From contig JAHFSP010000001.1 of the NCBI GenBank assembly GCA_023265685.1, positions 54,975-118,974 of the forward strand: DNA of 64,000 bases. The letters run 5' to 3'. Below, piece after piece: positions 58,634-64,000 of this stretch. Position numbers and translations under genes: made by a program. This stretch comes from Candidatus Woesearchaeota archaeon (GTDB taxonomy: Archaea; Nanobdellota; Nanobdellia; Woesearchaeales; GW2011-AR9). A model generated the notes under the pieces. The model saw nothing but the letters and a program-made list of their open reading frames with translations. It did no database searches and was not told where the DNA came from. How positions within the stretch are numbered: position 1 is the first letter of the stretch; each line of letters starts with the position of its first letter.

Positions 58634-60295
58634 TTATCCAAACTTTCCCAAATTAAGCTGCCCTTTTCTTTTTGTGACCGGCACCTCAACAACCTCTTCA
58701 CCAACTTGCTTTTTCACATCAATCGCAATCGCTCTACCAATAATCTGTCCTAATGTAGTAATATCAACCTTCTTAACATCACCTATGTCTCGAATACCTG
58801 CTTGATATAACCGCCGTGCTCTAATTCGACCTATCCCTCTCAACCGTAACAACATCAAAATTTCTTCTCGTACTCCCTCTTCAACACGTATTCCCAAGAC
58901 ATGTAACGGTTTAACAACTTCCCGCAATCCCTCCAATTCACATAAATCTTTTGCAGCTTGTAACAACCAAACGGCAGAATCAACCTTCGCTCTGATTTCA
59001 CCCGGTCGAATATCAAATGTCTCAAGTAAATATTCTTCATCTTTCTCTTCAATCCAATTCTCCAAGAACAAAGCCGTCTTTGCCGCTTTCAAAAAATCAT
59101 CATACTCAAAGTCAAACTGTTTTGGTGAATCCACAAGAAGTGTTCCCTCACGTTTCCACATTTCTTCCTCAATTTTTTGTTGTTCACGTACTCGTATCGA
59201 AAGCAATGGCCTCATTTCTAAACTACTGCAAATAAGGAGTAAAAGTCCAAAAATAGTAGTCCCCCTACTCTTCTTTTCATCAGTCCTATTCTTCTCTAAC
59301 ACCAAACTATAATGAGAAAGACCAACGAGAAATTCATGTGCAGTTAAAGGATCAAGATAAAGCTCCGCTACCCGTCGACCTAATGGGGTTGCAATTAATT
59401 CTTCATTTTTATCTCTATCTACTTTAGACGCTACTCTCTTTTTTACAATCAGTTCACTTGCTGCAACAAAACCATGATACAAATCATTCTTAACATTATT
59501 ATCAATCTTACTCTCAACATCACGTTCAATATTAATAGGAGTAGTTGAAGAAACTGTCACAAATTTCCATTCCCGCAGAAGACAAAGCATTTTCTCAAGA
59601 ATCGACTCCAATTTTTGTAAATCCCCAAATTGGTGTGCCCAAAACGTCTGACCAAAAAAATCTTTCATCCCAGATCTATCTTGAATAATTCCCGTACTAA
59701 TTAAAGACAACAAATGTGTTCGTAGCACAGGCTCAACTGCTAATTTAGAATAAATGCTCTCCGGCTTTCCACAAACATATCGACTGTAGATATCATCTTG
59801 TTCACCTTCATCTTTTGCAATGCTAATCGCTTCTCCAAACGCTTCATACTCTGGACGACCTGCTCGACCAGCCATCTGCAAATACTCTAAAACCGGAATC
59901 CAATCCATTCCCCATTGACCAGAAAAACGTTTTAAACTCTTGATAATTACTCGAAATACAGGTAAAGATAAGCCTGCTGCGAGTGTTGGTGTTGCACAAA
60001 TAATTTTGATTGTTCCCACTCGAAACTGTTCTTCAATAAGATCTTTCTGAGAAGAAGTAAGGCCTGCATGATGAAACGCAACTCCTTTATGTACGCAACG
60101 TGCTAAGCGTCGACATTGGGTTGTTGGAGTAGCCAATGCATCTAGAATATTTTTCTCAAGCTCCGGCAATGAAAATGAGGTTAATTTAGCAATATCTTCT
60201 GCTGTCTTCTCAGCACTTACTCGATTCGCCACAAACACAATCGCCTGCTTATTCGCAGTTATTGTTTCCAGTGCCAAGCGTAACGTCTGATCCAT
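58634..60295 (-). CDS. Hel308/Ski2-like helicase, C-terminal part (no Walker A/DExH domain)
   Basis: GVAFHHAGL, ATPTLAAG, QMAGRAGRP, TPLG, LYLDP, GIGRIRARRLY; motifs I-III absent. Confidence 0.88.
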   Translation of the reverse strand: MDQTLRLALETITANKQAIVFVANRVSAEKTAEDIAKLTSFSLPELEKNILDALATPTTQCRRLARCVHKGVAFHHAGLTSSQKDLIEEQFRVGTIKIICATPTLAAGLSLPVFRVIIKSLKRFSGQWGMDWIPVLEYLQMAGRAGRPEYEAFGEAISIAKDEGEQDDIYSRYVCGKPESIYSKLAVEPVLRTHLLSLISTGIIQDRSGMKDFFGQTFWAHQFGDLQKLESILEKMLCLLREWKFVTVSSTTPINIERDVESKIDNNVKNDLYHGFVAASELIVKKRVASKVDRDKNEELIATPLGRRVAELYLDPLTAHEFLVGLSHYSLVLEKNRTDEKKSRGTTIFGLLLLICSSLEMRPLLSIRVREQQKIEEEMWKREGTLLVDSPKQFDFEYDDFLKAAKTALFLENWIEEKDEEYLLETFDIRPGEIRAKVDSAVWLLQAAKDLCELEGLREVVKPLHVLGIRVEEGVREEILMLLRLRGIGRIRARRLYQAGIRDIGDVKKVDITTLGQIIGRAIAIDVKKQVGEEVVEVPVTKRKGQLNLGKFG

Positions 60296-60364
60296 ACCCT
60301 CGTAGAGAGTGTCCGAAATTTAAAGATATCCCTCTAATTGCGTTCAATAAAAAACCAGGCACTT

Positions 60365-61018
60365 TCACTTCACCAACCGATCCAAACCATCATACCCAAC
60401 ATCTCCTAAAAAAGAACTCAAAACATTATTTTCCAATATGGCTGGCTCAAAACTTATTCTATGTATCGTTGGTTTAGTTGTCGACATCTTCACACCAATC
60501 CAATCTTCATTTGGCGATTTCTTAGGTGTTTGTCCAATTTCACGATCAAGATGATAACTACCATCGCCTAATTCAAATTGTACTAATAATGATCTTCCTT
60601 CAGTTATCAAAATGTACGTTCCAGGTTTTTGCACCCCTCTACTTGGCAACCCTAATCCCGGCGAAAAAGTCAGAAAAATTTTACGAACGTAAATCTCCCC
60701 AGTAGTTCTCCTTTCTTGTTGTTCATAGGTAAGACCAAGTCCCACAATTCCATTATCCACAGCTGGTAACGTCTCTCGTCCTTGTCGATCTCGATAAGAA
60801 GTCGCTTCAGATTTCCAAACACTTGGTGTCCCACGTAAAAAACAAAGCCCAGGACCAGCAAAATGATACGTGCATCCAAACTCAGAATGTTTTGCACTCG
60901 TTGTTTGAAACGCATCACGCATTAACCTCTCCTGCTCTGTCACATCTTTAGCAACCAACGCAACAGTATATGGCGCAAGAATTTCACGTAATGTTGATTC
61001 GAATGTACCCATTGTCAA
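60365..61018 (-). CDS. Hypothetical protein
   Basis: 217-aa ORF; no family recognised. Confidence 0.6.
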   Translation of the reverse strand: MTMGTFESTLREILAPYTVALVAKDVTEQERLMRDAFQTTSAKHSEFGCTYHFAGPGLCFLRGTPSVWKSEATSYRDRQGRETLPAVDNGIVGLGLTYEQQERRTTGEIYVRKIFLTFSPGLGLPSRGVQKPGTYILITEGRSLLVQFELGDGSYHLDREIGQTPKKSPNEDWIGVKMSTTKPTIHRISFEPAILENNVLSSFLGDVGYDGLDRLVK

Positions 61019-61166
61019 TTCTGATTTTCCTCTAATTAAAAAACTACATTAAAAAAATAAAAATTTGTCTCTATTTATAATCAAAAAGCCAGAAAACTCC
61101 AAAATTTATTTTTGGAGATGAATGGCGTTTTCTAGCTTTTTGTTATCACAGAAATCTGGTATTAAT

Positions 61167-61214
61167 GAAAGTGTCGGTCAAACCCCAGCATTTATGCTTG
61201 GGGTCGACACTTTC
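61167..61214. repeat. Long imperfect palindrome
   Basis: GAAAGTGTCG..ACCCCAGCA-TTTA-TGCTTGGGGT-CGACACTTTC. Confidence 0.75.
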
Positions 61215-61222
61215 CCAGATTT

Positions 61223-63574
61223 CTATTGATGTTCAATCACATACACTTTAACCGTAAATGGTTCTTGAGCAACAACAGATAAAGGCTCAACAGGAGGTAC
61301 ATATTGGTCTTCAAGCACATCAACAATCCAAGTATATTCCATTTTATCTCGTCCATCATCAGCAGTTACGGTTACGGTCTTAACACCTGGAGATACAAAG
61401 ACTCTTTCAAGACTTTGTACACCTGCAACTTGAGGCTCATGGTACGTAAAACGCCAAGTATAAGTTAATAAATCATTATCAACATCCTGGGCTGCGGCAT
61501 AAAAAAGGACAGGCTCATTTAAATGAACGGTGATCCGTCGAGGTTGCGGCGAAGTCATATTAAACGTTGGAGCCTGGTTGACATTCTTAACAATCAGTTT
61601 GACCGGATGAGCCACGCTTGCAACAGTATCATTAGCGCTAAAATCAAGCCACAATACTTCTTTTTCAGAATTAAATTGCTTATTCAAAAAGCCGTCTCCA
61701 CTAACCAGATTATTCCACCAACTATCCGTCTTATTTACCACAACATTATAAGGTGCTTTCCAACTAAAACCTTGATCATTAAACACTGCACCAATGGGCA
61801 GATTTGAAAGCTTTACTGTGATCGGATCGCCATCTGGATCAGCTGCACTTACCGGAAAGAAAAATTCTTGACCTTCATTAACAGTAATATCATCATCATC
61901 ATCAATATTCAATGTTGGGGCGCGATTTTTCTTGGCAACAGTAAAAGTAACATTTGTATCAGTCACACGTTCACCATCACTGACCTGAATTGGAACAGTA
62001 TAATCTCCTTGACTATCGTACTTAGTTTTCCATATACCCTGCGAATCTAATGGGCTACCATAAGTATAATAAAGAATATCTCCATCTTGGTCAGAGGCAT
62101 CAGGTTTGACAATAATCATATCCGTTTCCTCAAAATGAAGATTTAAAATTGGTGTAACAACTGGAGCTCGATCAACATTATACACAAACAAATCAACAGA
62201 ACCTTCATTACATAATTCTTGACCGCATACTCGAATATGAATAGGTATTTTTCTCTCTCGAAGGAAATAATGTTCCAAACGAAGAGTATTAAGAACAGTA
62301 CTCCACCATCCTCCTCGTCGCGTAATAAAATCATAACTTGGATCCCAAGTAAGAGTTCTTGTTTTTTGATTAAGAACAGAACCATCAGGAGCATTCTCTA
62401 TAGTAATTGTTAATGCATCACTATCTGGATCCTGAGCATCAACCTGCCAAGTAAGATGCTCTCCTTCACGTACTTCTAGACGTGCTGGTAGGGTAAGACT
62501 AGGAGCACGATCTACATTAAGAACAGTAATCTGAACAGTAATCACTGCATCAACATATCCATCGTTTACTGTAATTTTAACCGTATGCTCCCCTGTTTCA
62601 TTATAGCCAGTTTGCCATTGTCCATTAACAAAAGGCTTTTCATAAGAATATGTAAGAAGATCTCCATCATCATCACGATCGGGAAAGTTCAAATTTACCA
62701 TTTCTCCTTCATAAACAGTAATCGGAGCATGAGAAATAACCGGTTTGCGATTAACATCCTCTACCTCAACAACCCATTCTCTATGAATCGTATTAATCCC
62801 ATCATCAACGTCTAAAGATAAAGTATGTTTACCCGAATTAGAAAAATTAAACATAATATCTTCTTTAGATAATGTAGAAATAGTAGTATTATCCCACTTC
62901 CAATTATAACTCAAGGGATCATTTTCCCCATCTGAAACCTCCACAAAGAAAGAAAATTTCTCTCCCTCTTGCGAAGATAAACTATCCTCATTAGAGAAAA
63001 TTGAAACAATAGTTGGTGGGCTATTAGTAGAGATAACTGTAACTTCCACCCTTCCATCAACGTTAAATTCACCATCACTCACAGTAAACTTTGCAATATA
63101 GACGCCTCGATCTCCATAGGTCGGTCGCCATTCTCCATTCTGATCAAAAGGATTCTCAAATGAAAATTCAAGAGGATCGCCATCAGGATCTTCCACCAAG
63201 TCACGCAAAGTAACAGTTTGTGTTTCTTTAATTGTAACTTTTTGTTCTTTGATAAACGGAGCTTGATTTTTTGTAGCTACAACCAACAAAACCTGTTCAA
63301 AACTTTGTTCTTTACCATCAGAAGCTGTAATATTAACGGTATACTCACCCGCATCTTCATACCTAGTCTGCCACTCCCCATGTTCATTAAGAGGTGAACC
63401 AAATGTAAACACAACAGTATCTTTATCTAAATCTACTGCAGAAGGAATTATTTTAATAAAATCAGTTTCATTTGCATAAAATGTACGAGGCGTTGACGCC
63501 ATAGCATTCGAAGCCATAAATGCGCTAAGAACAAGTACAAAAAACACAGTTATAATAGTTGTGATCGCTTTCAT
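61223..63574 (-). CDS. Secreted/surface protein with tandem Ig/cadherin/PKD-like repeats
   Basis: Signal peptide; repeated D.DGD.L.Y...GEW...G.Y...VSDG...N.AP units. Confidence 0.88.
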   Translation of the reverse strand: MKAITTIITVFFVLVLSAFMASNAMASTPRTFYANETDFIKIIPSAVDLDKDTVVFTFGSPLNEHGEWQTRYEDAGEYTVNITASDGKEQSFEQVLLVVATKNQAPFIKEQKVTIKETQTVTLRDLVEDPDGDPLEFSFENPFDQNGEWRPTYGDRGVYIAKFTVSDGEFNVDGRVEVTVISTNSPPTIVSIFSNEDSLSSQEGEKFSFFVEVSDGENDPLSYNWKWDNTTISTLSKEDIMFNFSNSGKHTLSLDVDDGINTIHREWVVEVEDVNRKPVISHAPITVYEGEMVNLNFPDRDDDGDLLTYSYEKPFVNGQWQTGYNETGEHTVKITVNDGYVDAVITVQITVLNVDRAPSLTLPARLEVREGEHLTWQVDAQDPDSDALTITIENAPDGSVLNQKTRTLTWDPSYDFITRRGGWWSTVLNTLRLEHYFLRERKIPIHIRVCGQELCNEGSVDLFVYNVDRAPVVTPILNLHFEETDMIIVKPDASDQDGDILYYTYGSPLDSQGIWKTKYDSQGDYTVPIQVSDGERVTDTNVTFTVAKKNRAPTLNIDDDDDITVNEGQEFFFPVSAADPDGDPITVKLSNLPIGAVFNDQGFSWKAPYNVVVNKTDSWWNNLVSGDGFLNKQFNSEKEVLWLDFSANDTVASVAHPVKLIVKNVNQAPTFNMTSPQPRRITVHLNEPVLFYAAAQDVDNDLLTYTWRFTYHEPQVAGVQSLERVFVSPGVKTVTVTADDGRDKMEYTWIVDVLEDQYVPPVEPLSVVAQEPFTVKVYVIEHQ

Positions 63575-63817
63575 TCTACACCAATATAATATTTAATATT
63601 AGGTCAATATAATTTAGGTATCATTTAGGGCATACTTGTTTTTACCTAAATTAACTACAACAACATCCACCAAGTTTTAATCTCACAACATCTCTTCTTT
63701 TTGACTTTTTTCAATTCTCTTTAATTTTTCAAGTTTAACATTTTCCAAAAAAAACAAAAAATGAAAGAAAACATTATCATTCGAAGCACTATTAAAAAGC
63801 TCAAACGGTTTGTATTT

Positions 63818-64000
63818 TTATCTCTTTTGAAGCGAAACATCAACAATTTCAGGAGCTTTGTTAATATCTTCAACAACAATACGTACTTTCTTAGTTACAG
63901 TATCCTTGCCATCCGCAGCAGTAACGGTAATGAAATATTCTCCATGGGTGGTAAAATCCGTTTTCCATTCCCCGTCGTTGCCGACAGGATCACTTATCGT
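63818..64000 (-). CDS. C-terminus of a second Ig-like repeat protein (5' end beyond the window)
   Basis: Manual translation: ...DGEWKTDFTTHGEYFITVTAADGKDTVTKKVRIVVEDINKAPEIVDVSLQKR*. Confidence 0.75.
   Translation of the reverse strand, partial: TISDPVGNDGEWKTDFTTHGEYFITVTAADGKDTVTKKVRIVVEDINKAPEIVDVSLQKR

Noticed and set aside
1-64000. DGR template repeat, reverse transcriptase or Avd gene inside the window
   Set aside because: No fourth, AAC-rich copy of the variable region was seen on either strand, and no ORF has RT motifs. The search was by eye only.
1-64000. CRISPR array or rRNA genes
   Set aside because: No regularly spaced repeats, cas-like ORFs or rRNA signature sequences were seen.

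Overview
This is an AT-rich archaeal chromosome segment. Its gene content (EF-2, eL24/eS28/L7Ae/uL16, Topo VI A/B, archaeal DnaG, Hef, Rio1/Dim2, TATA-box promoters, BHB tRNA introns) and many orphan genes suggest a DPANN archaeon, probably Woesearchaeota-like; that placement is inferred. Highlights: (1) three dispersed paralogous ~225-aa genes whose 3' ends carry the adenine-mutagenesis signature of diversity-generating retroelement (DGR) targets, one with an intact GAA-loop hairpin, and no RT or template repeat seen in the window; (2) three intron-containing tRNAs that the ORF track cannot show: Gln with three introns (including one at 10/11), Cys with two and Arg with one; (3) an apparently intact GGEEL diguanylate cyclase, unusual for an archaeon; (4) half-genes for Hel308 and NFACT/Rqc2; (5) an abrupt strand-composition flip near 53.2 kb; (6) tandem Ser/Thr kinases, two toxin-antitoxin modules, an IS200-type element, a PyrB-PyrI fusion, an EF-2 with an altered P-loop and structured non-coding elements upstream of dnaG. 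All calls were made by eye from motifs; no searches were run.
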